A DNA stretch of 64,000 nucleotides from the human T2T-CHM13v2.0 reference genome, Homo sapiens, in assembly GCF_009914755.1 (NCBI RefSeq), contig NC_060927.1; one strand, written 5' to 3'. Position 1 is the stretch's first letter; every line of letters begins with the position of its first letter. The position numbers and the translations under genes were made by a program. The notes beneath the pieces are model-generated. The model was not told the origin of the DNA. It was given only the letters and a program-made list of their open reading frames with translations, and ran no database searches. Below are positions 42,580 to 57,307 of the stretch, in pieces.

Positions 42580-42908
42580 TTATTCTATTTCTTCAAGTTC
42601 TTTGATTCATTTGTAAGTTGGCTAATAGTGGAATAAAAATAGATGCTATTATATAAGCGTCAATTGTAGGTTGATTATCTGGGATGCCCAAGCTAGTGGT
42701 GAAAAGAGCACAATTTCTGAGCCAAATAGCAAGAATGTAATTGCCTCTAGAAAGAATTTTGTTGAAAATGTAGGTAAGCAGATCCTAATGAGTCAAATCT
42801 AGATTGGTATAGACTTGATTTTCCTGTGGATATATTTAACTGTGGTAATTGTAATTATTACCAATACAGACACACAATAGTTTTTCTATTGTGCTTATGT
42901 AAAATAAT
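42580..42908 (-). pseudogene. MT-ND3: NUMT: decayed mitochondrial ND3
   Basis: Minus strand reads LPQLN...KSS, FDSLGSA (42777-42798), [12 protein letters not shown] (42724-42759) and WASQ (42679-42690), matching ND3 [40 protein letters not shown]. Confidence 0.9.
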
Positions 42909-42911
42909 TTT

Positions 42912-43018
42912 GCACATAATGAAGTGCAATTACAAGGGCATGGTCATGAAAAATACAGCAATATTTCTATAATAGGAGAAGCTGCATTTTGAAACTATGG
43001 TTGGAATGGGTGAACCAT
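42912..43018 (-). pseudogene. MT-CO2: NUMT: 5' ~35 codons of mitochondrial COX2
   Basis: From the ATG at 43018 it reads MVHPFQP*FQNAASPIMEMLLYF..HDHALVI (mitochondrial code), against mammalian [26 protein letters not shown]. Confidence 0.85.
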
Positions 43019-43019
43019 T

Positions 43020-43088
43020 ATGGCACAAGGGAGTTTAACCAATCAATCAATTTGACAAAGTTGTATAATAACTTTTAGTAATAATTCA
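43020..43088 (-). pseudogene. MT-TD: NUMT: mt-tRNA-Asp remnant
   Basis: Anticodon arm aactttGTCaaa lies immediately upstream of the COX2 ATG, as in the mtDNA gene order. Confidence 0.7.
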
Positions 43089-43095
43089 TCTGCTT

Positions 43096-43145
43096 AAAAA
43101 AAGTCATAGTGTTATTGAAGGCAATTTTAAAGAATTTGATTTTCA
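43096..43145 (+). pseudogene. MT-TS1: NUMT: partial mt-tRNA-Ser(UCN) remnant
   Basis: aaaaaagtcat matches the tRNA 5' end, at the expected position and on the opposite strand; the rest is degraded. Confidence 0.4.
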
Positions 43146-43184
43146 AGGGGCTGGGTGTTTTGCTGTTTCAAGTGTTTTGAGTAC

Positions 43185-43557
43185 TTAAGCTTTCACAAAG
43201 GTTGGTTCTTGAAATATTTTATATCGTAGAGGGCATACTTCTTGCTTTGAGGCAAATACTTCTCTGATTATAAATATTATTAGTATTCCTGCTACTACTG
43301 AAATAAATCACCCTATAGATGAGACAGCATTTCATGCCGAATAAGCATGTAGAGTCTAGATAGGCTGAGCATTGACACAGCATGATAGAAAGACTATGTT
43401 GTGTTAAATTAACACCTCAAAGTACCTTTATAAGGTGGGCCTTTGGATCATGTAGCATATGGTGTATATTCTGAAAATAATGGAAATCAATCCACAAAGC
43501 CACCTATTCTTATAGATAAGACATAGTAGAAATGGGAAAAAATACTATAATATATAT
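43185..43557 (-). pseudogene. MT-CO1: NUMT: mitochondrial COX1 3' part
   Basis: Minus-strand HFYYVLSM, GGFVDWFPLFS, WNAVSSMG, EVFASKQEV and FQEPTFVKA* match the COX1 C-terminal third, using TGA=Trp. Confidence 0.9.
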
Positions 43558-43848
43558 TGTGATGATTAATTTTACATGTCCACTTGGCTAGGCCACAGTA
43601 CCCAGATATTTGGTCAAACTTCTGGATGCTGCTATGAAGATATTTTTAAAATGAGATTAACATTTATATCAGTAGACTTTGAATAAAGCAGATTATCCCG
43701 CATAATGTTGGTGGACCTCATCCAATCAGTTGAAGGCCTTATGAAAAAGACAGTGGTCTCCAAAGAAAGATGAAATTCTGGAAGCCACTGCCTTTGGACT
43801 AGAGCTGCAATATCACCTCTTCTTTGAGGCTCCATCTGTCAGCTTGTA
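43558..43848 (+). mobile_element. MLT2 (ERVL) LTR, 5' half only
   Basis: tgtgatgattaattttacatgtccacttggctaggccac...aaagcagattatccc...ctcatccaatcagttgaaggcc. Confidence 0.85.
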
Positions 43849-44757
43849 GAGTAAGGGAGGCCAGCAGGTTGGAAACTCAGGCAGGAGTTAATGCTGCAGT
43901 TCACAGGCAGAATTTCTTCTTCTACAGGTGCCATAAATGTGTTTAATATAGTTGCTGCCTCAGCATCCATTTTTAGACCTGACATGAATGTTTTGAAACC
44001 CAGTTGTGCTCAGTCACCTTTGGCCTGTTAAAAATTTGTTTGTGGTATAGACCGCTTGTTCCTCATCTCACTGACCCAAAACCCAACACATCCTGCTGCT
44101 CCTGACCACAATAAACCTAATGGTCAATACTAGAGTTATAAAAATTTAAGTTCCCCACTTCTTGTGTGTTTTCTTTAAACTAGCCAATTCACATACTCTG
44201 CCGAAAAGTCTACGAGATAATGCTCATGGACCTCAGTAAAGGCATAATCCCGCAGGTCCTCTCACTGTCTCTTGCTCCGCACTCGCTGGCTGAGCTCCCT
44301 GCCACCTCTAGACTTCCCATCAGCTCCCCATTGGCACCCCTAGCCTTTCTTGGTTTTGTAAGTAATGAATCTCTTCTGTTTCATGAATGGTTTCACCACC
44401 TCATTGTGTCTCACCTGACTGACACATCCAAACCTAATTTTCTCCCATCCTAGGCTCTCCTGCAGAATGGCTGTCTTGGCTTATGGCTGCTCTCAACAGA
44501 GAGACCTCAAAACTAAATTGTAAAGAAACCATAACAATAAAAATTACAACAGAAAACCTCAGTTTTTGCTCTTAAAGGCTTCTAACTGATTGGATAAAGC
44601 CCACTCACATTATCAAGGGCAATCCCCTTTACTTAAAGTCAACTTGATTGTAAATGTTAACCAAAAAATATCTTCACAGCAACACCTAGATTAGTGTTTG
44701 ATGAAATAACCGGGGACTATAGACTAGCCAAGTTGACACACAAAACTAACCATCACA
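43849..44757 (-). mobile_element. MLT2 (D-like) LTR, 5' half only, opposite orientation, interrupted by another LTR
   Basis: Ends ctagccaagttgacacacaaaactaaccatcaca, the reverse complement of the MLT2 5' end; ggaaactcaggcagg...gcagaatttcttctt. Confidence 0.85.
43929..44548 (+). mobile_element. ERVL-class LTR (MER73/MER54-like) nested in MLT2
   Basis: TG...CA ends; flanks acagg / acaga; MLT2 sequence continues on both sides. Confidence 0.7.
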
Positions 44758-45430
44758 CCCTCCAACATAATAGGAAACTAAAGCCTACTAAGGCTTATTG
44801 TATATCTGGCAGTAATTGTATTTCTTCTATGTAAATTAGCTAGTCAGCTGAAAATTGTTACCCTTATTGGCAAAACAATAATTAGCGTAGCAGATGGGAA
44901 GTATGCTATTGTGTCTAGGACTGTTTCTATGGCAAATGTATGATATGCTCATACAATATATCCTACAAATCCAACTGATGGTGTTGCTCATGTTATTTCT
45001 ATATAGCCAAAGGATTATCTTGGTTCCTGAATAATATGCTAAACAAAAATTTTCCAAATCTACATAAAATTAGAATAAATCCTTTTGTAATTTCTAAGAA
45101 TCAGAATAAATATTGATATGAAACTGAGTCTTCGCTCTCACTTGATCAAAGAAAACATGTTAATTAGCACAATTGTTATAGCTTAAAGTACTGGGAGCGA
45201 CAATTAATACATAGCAATTAATACATAGTATATAAAAATGAAAATGGTGTCTTGTTTGGGCTATACCAGATGGTCTTATGTTAACAATTGTGGTAATAAA
45301 ATTAATGGCATCTGAAATGAGAAATACTTGCTAAGTGAAGGGAGAAGGTAGTTAAGTACTTAGGTGCCTGCATATACTAGGTTGCTAGCTAATGCAGGTA
45401 CATTCTTCATCCTGTTCCAGCTCTTCAGAC
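44758..45430 (-). pseudogene. MT-CO1: NUMT: mitochondrial COX1 central part (about codons 120-352)
   Basis: Minus strand in mitochondrial code: AGTGW (to 45421), AINFITTIVNM (45278-45309), YQYLFWF (45098-45118), YYSG, IVWAYHTF (44934-44957), DTxAYFPSAT and FSWLA, all in COX1 order. Confidence 0.93.
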
Positions 45431-46024
45431 CGTTAAGAAGAAACTCAAAGGATGAAACTTTATTCCAGTAGGTGAAAAGGCACAAGGCCTTTCTGCAATT
45501 CTGTAGGCATCACAAAAAGCCAGCCTTAAGGAATTTATGCAAAATTATTTAGGTGAAAATAATCTGCCAAGGAAGCTCTACTTTGAACCAGCATTATCCC
45601 CTGCCTTCTGTCAGTGCCATCTCACATTCCAGGTACATCTGTCCTCAAGAATCAGAGTGAGGTTGTGGCTCACTCTGCAGCCAGGAGTGTGCCTCCAAAC
45701 ATTGAGCAACCGGCTCTGTGCCTCCAAACCTACTCAGCTCTTCTACTCACCTCAAACTGCTCCAGCCACTTCCTGAAGGGGCCACTTAGAATCATCTAGG
45801 GGGCATTTTCAAGCCAATCCCTCTTTCTGCTTCAAGATCTAGGGGCCAGGTGGGGATTTAAAACACTTGAATTTTTATTAATCTCCCACCTTGAGAACAA
45901 ACGCTGGGTTCAACTCTACTAACAGAACAAGTTATCTTCATGGGTCTTCGAGAAGATTACAGGTTGGGAACCCAAGGTTATAGCTGGAGATCTTTGGCAT
46001 ACCCACTGGTATATTAACCAGATA

Positions 46025-46498
46025 TCAAGGCCTTTCATGATCTGGTATCTTCCTACATTTCTGACATCCTCTCTCATCACTATTTTCCACTCCTTTTCTC
46101 ACACTTTACTTAAGTAGGACCAAGGACTCTACTCATGTTCCCAACAATCACATCATGCTTATCCCCTGACACTCACACTTTTAACATGCCATTTCCAATA
46201 ACCAGAAAGCATTTTCCCTCTTTGACATCTTGGATAGTCCATCCTTGTTCTTCAAGCCCCAGCTTGATGAAAGCTGTGAAGTCTTCCCTGCCCTGTCCTG
46301 GCATAAGTAACTACTTCCTTGCCTGTGTTTCTACATCATCACACCATTGTACTGCTAGATTTGCCCACATCTGTCACCCACCTGGTAAACATCCTAATGG
46401 CAGAAGCCATATCCCAACCATATTTGTATGCCTTAATCTTTTAATCTCCTATCACAAGACCTGGCATAGAGCAGGTACCCAATAAATGCTTGTTGAGA
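46025..46498 (+). mobile_element. L2 3' fragment
   Basis: caaggcctttcatgatctgg..., ending cctggcatagagcaggtacccaataaatgcttgttga. Confidence 0.7.
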
Positions 46499-48529
46499 AA
46501 ATAATTAAAGATTATAATCCTCAACCGTATGTGTGGTGTTTGTCACAGTGGCCAATTCCATTCCCTTCTGCTTTCCTCCCCTCTCCACCCCACGGGGTCA
46601 CCTGTAACAGAATTGAAAAGAACAAGGATACAAGTCTTTTCCACTGGAAATCTATCCAGACTCAGATAGCTCCCCTCCTAGATGATTTACAGACCTTCCT
46701 TTGAGGGTAAGCCTTGTCTCCCTGAGGCAGGACCAAAATGCACTGCACTTCATTTGCCTTTTTTTCCTCAAGGGTTCCCTTCCACAAGTTATACTTTGAA
46801 GTTTTACCCATTTCTGGCACTACCTGCAAGCAAACCAGGAGGGCACTTGGCAACCAACTTGGTGCCCTCTTCATTCCTCACAAGGCTATGGAGCTGTTCT
46901 ATAAACCAAGCCCTTCCACAGGCTGGCTTGGGAATGCCTTTCTGTTACTTGTGTGAAGATCTCTGTACTTTTCAAAGCTGTTTCACATGTAGCATTTCAT
47001 TTGACCATCACATCGCAATGCAAAATAAGCAGAGTAGATCCAGTAGTCCCACTTTTCAGATGCTGATGAAGAGATACCAAGAATTCCCAGCCACTAGGTT
47101 AGGACCCTAACCGAAAATAGACCTCAGATCCTGAGACACCTAGTCCCTTGCCCCACACACGATACCATATCAATACATTCCAAACGATTTCTAAGATCAT
47201 CTTATCCAGTACAAGCTAACTCAGCTAACCATTTCCTGTACTAGTCCAAGGAATGCCCCGCTCAGGAAGCAACACTAGCAGCAGAGTTGGTGAGCTAAGC
47301 TAGAAATACTAGTTTTAAAAAGTAACAACTGGAAGTCCATTGTTAGATATTGCTGGAATTGGGATGTGAGTATACTGAAAATATTTTTTATTTTTCTTCA
47401 GTTAAAAATTTCATGCTCTAGAGCCCTAGGGTTTAAAATTTTTTTCTTTCATTTACCTAATATCTGTCAAATGGCATATTGTTTCAGGAGACCAGCAGAG
47501 GTTCTATATTTCAGCTGCCAACAAAGGGCATTCTGAGGCACCAGCTCCCAGCTCAGAACCTCTATTCTGAGATGTTAAAAGGTAGCTGAAGAAGAGAAAG
47601 GGTGATCTTTTTTTCCCCAGGAAGCCATAGTACAGTTTATTTTCCTACAGTCTATTCTGCCTCAAACTCTCTCTCGCTCTCTCTTTCAATTTTAGTTCTT
47701 AAAGGAAAATCATCTTATCCCATTCAAGATGAAATTAGAGGGATGCTTCTTCAAAGAACACTAATGAATGACTGACATTGTCAGGGAAAAGTTAAATACT
47801 CTAATGACCTTTCCCTTGTTTTTGGCAAGAATTCATCTTTAAAGAAAAGAAGTATGGGCTTTGCAAAGCTGAAGTGATTTGTCTTATTTCTCCAAGGTGA
47901 AGTGACCCACACCATTTCATCATTCCAGACTAGCCATTATGTGAGGTTTCAAAATGAAATGTGATTGCTGAAAGCTAAAAATCAAACATACCACAATGAA
48001 AAGTCATATTCAATTTTTTTATCCTTCTCATTTGCATTTTTCCATCCTTCCTGTTTACATCTTCTTCAGCTTGCCAGAATGAGACTATTTTATAAAACCA
48101 AGTGTTTAGATGTGGGCCTGTCTGCCACAATGTCCCTGTATATGGAAAAGGACTGGTAGGAAAATCTCAAATATTTTCCTTATCACCCTCCTACCCCCAC
48201 CTTACACATCTCAGAACCCTGACTCTGTTCCTTAGGAATGGACAGAGCCTAAATTTTGTTTTCCTAGTAACCATAATCCTTTGTAAAAATCACTTTTAAA
48301 ACATTGAGAAGGACAAGAGTCAATTTGCCTACTCCAAAGTTCTATAGATTTCCCAACATTCTGCCTAATTTATTGCATTTTACAACTTTCTTACACAATA
48401 TAGAACTTCATATACACTTTTTTGCTTCTTCCCTTTTATTCCTGGATAACTTCTTTAGACTCAGTTTACATATGATGTAAGACGGTGCTCTCTATTTGTC
48501 CTCCGATGGAATGCTCTGCAGAGGCTGAG

Positions 48530-48770
48530 CATCTGAAGGCCAAGGTTTGAGTCCTAGTTTTTCTTCTCATTAGCTTATAACTTCGGGAAAAAAAAAAGGG
48601 AGAACTTAAGCTCACTCAGTCTGAGTGTTCTTATCTATAAAATATGGACAATAATAATACCTTCTTCATTGTGCTTTAAGGTGATTCAATGATATAATTC
48701 ATGTGAAACCCTTAAGATAATGCCTTGGATTTGATAAATGTCCAATAATGCCAGTTATTAATATAGTTGT
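48530..48770 (+). mobile_element. MIR
   Basis: ggtttgagtcctag...cttatctataaaatatggacaataataatacct. Confidence 0.65.
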
Positions 48771-49134
48771 TATTATAAACTTACGTTATGTTGTAATTTA
48801 TGTTTGTATCTGTACCCCCTTACTATACCACATACTCTTTAAGAACAGGGAATATGACTTTCAGGCCTGGAAAATTATGCTTATAAAAATATAAAAATTA
48901 TGTCAAGCAAAGTATCTTGCACAGAGTGGGCCTTCAAAATATAATAAAGAATGAATGATGAAAGAGATCAGGTTTAGTGGGGTATCCATGACAGAGTTGT
49001 GTTACCTAAACCTAACCAGGTCTCAGCACAAAGCTTTAAGACCACCCCAAAAGCTCTGAGAAATTCAAGGCACTCAGAGGCTCAAGAGGTATTTGTACCA
49101 ACTCTGTGACTCACATCATAAACACAATAAAAAC

Positions 49135-49350
49135 TACATAGTTAAAATTATGGACTGTAAGGTCAGAAACTTGAAACTTATCTCTGCGACTTAATTGTTA
49201 CTTGACTTTAAATTCCGCAAGCCAGTTTTTTCATCTATAGAATGTTAATAAGTATACTACTACTTCATTGATTTGTTACGGGAATTAAGAAAAATAATTC
49301 ACCAGTAGTACTTAGCATAATTCTTGGTATATAATAAGTGGTCAATAAAT
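49135..49350 (+). mobile_element. MIR
   Basis: cagtttttttcatctatagaatg...cttagcataattcttggtatataataagtggtcaataaat. Confidence 0.65.
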
Positions 49351-49477
49351 AAAGTTCACTGGCAATGAAAAAAAGTATTTTCCATAATTTTAATATTATC
49401 TCTTTTCATTCTTTTTCTCCTCTCCTTTTGAGATTCTACTTAAATATATGTTAGATCTTTTCATTAACTCCCACATA

Positions 49478-49782
49478 TTTTCTTTTCTTTTTAGAGATGA
49501 GGTCTTGGTATGTTGCCCAGGCTGGACTGCAGTGGTTATTCACAGATGTGATCTCATTACTAATCAACACAAGAGTTTTGACTTGCTCCATTTCCGACTT
49601 GACCAGTTCACACCTCCTTAGTCAACCTGGCAGTCCCCACTCCCGGGAGGTCACCATATTGATCCTGAACTCAGCGCAGATACCTGTTTGGCATAACACA
49701 ATACAGCCCAGAACCCTGGACTCAAGCGATCCTCCTGCCTCCCAAGTAGTTAGGACTATAGGTACACTTTGCCACACTCAGT
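49478..49782 (-). pseudogene. RN7SL: Full-length 7SL RNA (SRP RNA) retropseudogene
   Basis: Contains the 7SL S-domain that Alus lack (reverse complement atcaatatggtgacctcccgggag...gtcggaaatggagcaagtcaaaactc), an A tail, and TSD ccca(c/t)atattt. Confidence 0.95.
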
Positions 49783-49949
49783 GAGACCCATATATTTCTA
49801 AAACTTGTCTCTGTATTTTCAATTCTGTTTTCTGTATATGTTTCAGTTTGAAAATATTTTATAGACCTATCTTCAGCCTATTCCATTTTATGAGACTTCT
49901 CCCTCTACACTACTGAGTAGATCCTCATTCTATTAAGACCTTAAAGTGA

Positions 49950-52488
<2,539 letters not shown>

Positions 52489-54670
52489 AAAACCAAGACT
52501 AGATATTCACCACCAGCATCAGGAGCTTCTGTTATAACCAATAGAAAATCTGGATAATATGGGTAAGAAAGCTAAGCATTTTTCAGTATACTTAAGAGCT
52601 ATAGTAGGAATATTTTGACCCCCCACTCCCAAAAAAAAAAAAAATCACGCCTACGTTTCTTTCTGGGAATGGTGAGAAAGATCCAGTATCATCTAAGAGA
52701 AGAAAGAAAGAAACATCGCATGAGAATTAACAGAATTAATTCATCTTCAACTTCAAACATAGTATTAAGTGTGTATTATAAAAAGCTAAAAACCAAGAAA
52801 CAAAACCTTCTATGCTTTTAAAAATGTAACATTGGAACAGCCAAATATCATTTAAACTCTTCTGGATGAAGAGTTTTAGTGATATGTAAAAATTTATAAA
52901 CCTGGGACATGAGAAAGTATAAAGCCTGCATCTTTGGGTTATTGATATTCTGAATAGAAATAAGTTCATTCCAGGCAAATAAATATGGGAAGGCCACTAC
53001 AGAAGTGTTTCATATTCATTTAAGTAATTACTCCTCCTTAAGGAAAATAGCTTACAACTGTAATGAGACAGTGAGGGAACTCATGCAAGTTAAAATGCCT
53101 TCAAGTACAACCAATAGCCTGGGGAACCCAGAGAAGGAAGACATGTGCTTAGAAACTATCCAGCCTGGCAACCCTTAGGAAACGGTTCCAGAAATAGGAA
53201 CGTTTTGGCCCCTTCAACTGTTCTAACAAGGACTGCAGCAACTCATCTGCTGCCATTGCCAACCACAGCACCCAACCTAGAAAAATGTGGCAGTCTCTGA
53301 GAAGAAACTTAAAACTAGAGGTAGAGTTGGGAGGGAGTTTGGAAAATGAGCAGAAATAACTACATAGAGAAAAATATGAGTAAATACAGTACAATTCTCT
53401 CATCAATGGCTCATCAAGAACCAAAAATAGTCCTCCCCCCATAGTTTTCTATTAATGGACTACAAAGTCCCTTTAATATTAATAGTAATCATTCTTTTCA
53501 GATTGTATTTGAGAAGAAAATGAGTAACTTGTTTCAGAATTCCTAGGAAAATTTTCTGACTTTCATCTCTTCAATACTGTCTGCTCCATTTTTTGCTTTC
53601 TGCCACTAAACAAAGCAGGTTAAGCATTAACTGAGAAATGAGAAAACTTCCTCAAGCATTCCCAGCATAGTGTCATGAGACCCTTGCAAATCCAAAAGAA
53701 TGTCAATGTTTCCATCTATGTAAGTGGGCATTTAAAAGGAAGAAAAATTAATGAGAAGGAATTTATTAAGTATGTTCATAAGCACAGACATTTTTGCACA
53801 AAATGAACAAGCAAATAAAACTCTGATCGCCTTATCAAACAGAGGCAAGAATGGCTAGACTCAGATTATTTTTCCTGGGATGAAAGATTTCTAAGCAAGT
53901 AACACGGTTTTGTTTACTATTGTTGACTATGGGAGATTCTGAAAAGGGCAGTCACTGAAACAAGCTAGGTAGCACAATATCAACTCCATTATCTGTAGCC
54001 ATTTGAATTTTTATTTTCACTAAAAGTTATTTCATTCTCTGCCCGCCCCACTCCTATCACAACAGACCTGGTACTAATACCTCCATAGCTCCTTTTTTGC
54101 TCTTTGATGCAATGAAATTAGTTGTTCCAGAATATTTTGCATGACTAACAAGAAAGAAATTGAATAAAATATTGTAATTCACAAATCTCACTTGGCAAAA
54201 TGACGTGCATATGAATCAACATTTTTGGTGAAGGCCCCCAAATCCTTTTAGTCACTCACTGAATTCACTCAGTGTTCCACGTATGAATACATTCAGAGTA
54301 ATAATGTATTTCCAAAGTGCCTCATTTAACAACGATAGTTAAAAAATAATAATTCAGCAAGTAATTGCAATGTTAAGCCTCATTCAAATCTTCAAGGCAG
54401 AGACGTAGGGATCAGTCATAATCTCTTTCTCCTAAAGCTATCAAGGTGAAAGCCTAAAGGAGAAAAGCACCCAGCCTCTAGACATATAAATGATGTCATT
54501 CTGCTCAAAAAAGGACTGTTAACACACATGCACATTCATAAACATTTTAGAAGACAGTGCAATAAAATGAACAGACCCTGAACAGTGCTTTGGAGTAGGG
54601 AATATCTAAACTTGAATCCAAGCTCTCACCATGGTCAAATCACTCTTAACCTTGGTTCAATCATTTAACT

Positions 54671-54974
<304 letters not shown>

Positions 54975-57307
54975 AATCATTTAACCTTGTCAAACTTCAA
55001 GTCCTTCAACTGGAAAATGGAGGTAATAATAGCTACCTCCTGGAGTTTTGCAAGGATTACTATGGCATTATACATATATGAACATCCAATGGCAGTCATC
55101 ACAACTTTTCATCTCCACCTATAACAGGTTAGCAAGCAAGAATAAAATAACTGTAACTCAAAAAATGTCTCTTAAATTATATATGGTCTTTCAAACCATA
55201 TGCCCTCTGCCTTGTGGAAAAAAAGGGGATACATACGTTCCCTAAAGAGCAAATGGAAAGGGTAGGACAGTAAAGTCTAGATACAAACTGTTTTACTGTT
55301 AGCTCACCAGACATATAGAGTCTAAAAGAATATATAAAACAATTTCCTGAGATTTGACTTCTTACTGGAGTGAGACCTTAGTTCTCAGCTCTTGGCACAC
55401 CCACATAGCCAGCACCTTAGAGACGGAAGAGAAACCTCCTCTCCCTTGGACATCTGACTCCATCTTTATCTTCACGAAGCCTCTTTAGACCATAAAGAAG
55501 TTCCTTTTTATTTTTGCACCTTTAGAATCATGCCTTTCTGTGTGCAAATAATCATCTCTTTACCCATCAAATATCATCTTGGTAGTTCTTAGGCAGAGTG
55601 TTCTGGGAGGTAGAGGAGAGGAAGGGCAGAGGGAAAGAGGTTTTCATAGATGCAACATGTCCTCACAAGATGCACTATCTTTTTGATGATGAGCACTTTC
55701 ATGCTGCACAGAAATCCTATATCTCCAATGTGTTCTTTTAATTTTTTAAAACTCTTCTATTCACTGAAATCCAACATGTTCTTATGCATTTTTCAACCAG
55801 TAAGAAAAAAAGAAGAGAGCCACCCTGCCATGTCCCCCTCCATGAAAACTTCCCAATCCTCACAAAGGCCAATATCCCTCCTTAACTCCAGTGAGGTGTC
55901 TCCACACATACTTTGGCTACATTACTCAGTCTTTAGGCTTGTCACAGTTAGTTTCCAAGACCAACAGCTTATGCACAGCTGAGAATTGCCCTTTACCACC
56001 AGCACTTCTGTTGCCATGGGCACACACACCATGAGTCCCCTCCCTACTTCCAGGATACCATTTGCAGTCCCATCTGATCGCTGCTGGCTCCAAACTTAAA
56101 TTTTTACAAGTGGTGCTCTTCCTTCTTTTTTAGGAATAGTAGACATCACACCACACATCTGAGAGAAGGAACCAGTGAACCCCCAAGCTCCCAACTTTAA
56201 GGGTCACCAGACTCTCATGCTCCCACTGCCCATCTCTCCCTACTTCTAGCTAGATTAACCTCCTCATGGGATATATGATCAGCCTCCTGACAAGTGGTAG
56301 GTCCTCTCCCCACCAGTTCCCAGAGGAAGAGCAGAGAACATATCGAGCCCTGGCTTTGTCCAATATTCAAACAAACTTTATAAACTTGATGGTATATTAG
56401 CTGGCCTTTTATTAATCTGAATGCTGGGTTCAAATCACATTTAGTGCACATTGATTCATTATTCTGGCTTACTGATGCCTCTGTAGGTGATAATGGACTA
56501 GTACTAGACTTTTTAATCCCAAACAATTGAAACTCTTTTGCTGGTAAATAGCTTTCAAAATTTCTTCCTTGATCAGAATAGACCCAAGAGAGAAATAACT
56601 AAATTCTTATAATTTGTTTTTCCTGAACTTGCATGGTATGTGGGAAAGGGAGTGGGGTGGGAAGAGGGCAAACAGTTATTTGCCACCAATATATTACGAA
56701 GGATTCAGATGTCTAGTCTTCAAAGAAAAAAGTCAACATGGACTAATTTTAGGGGTTTGCTGATTGAATGTTTTCTAGATGGGCTGCCTTTGAGAAACAT
56801 ACTTTCCTTGAGTGCAGCAGACCTAGCGGGTTCATTTTGTCACCACAGTCTCCACCGTCATAAGCAGAATAACTGCCCTAAGTACCTTCAGTATTCCCTT
56901 CCTCTCCAAGTGGCTTGAGTCATCATGCAACACCCTGGGTCCCAGAGGGCACTATTTCCAAATGCCCCCATAGCCCATGTATGGTGCACTCAACAACTTT
57001 ATACAACACCACGTTTCTCGGACCCTCCTGATTCTGGAAAAGCCAGGTAACTTCTCTGCTGCTGGGTTTACTTTCCCCCTTTCTCTTCTGCCCACAGCTC
57101 TGAGGCTTCTCATTAAGAGTTTGCCCACCTCTTTCCCACAGTGGGAGTGGGGAGGATCCTTGCCTGACAAAATTTCTGAACGGAATTGGATATCTCTCCA
57201 AGGCTGAACCACGCTGTGAGCCATGCTGTCTTCCTGATGGTTGTCTTTCTCTAATCTTTCTCAATCAGAAGTGTTTGCTAACAACAATTTATCTAAATGA
57301 ACCTGAA

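Noticed and set aside
42480-45430. Endogenous RNA-virus element (for example bornavirus-like)
   Set aside because: Plus-strand translations showed no viral motif, while the minus strand matches mitochondrial genes in mtDNA order.
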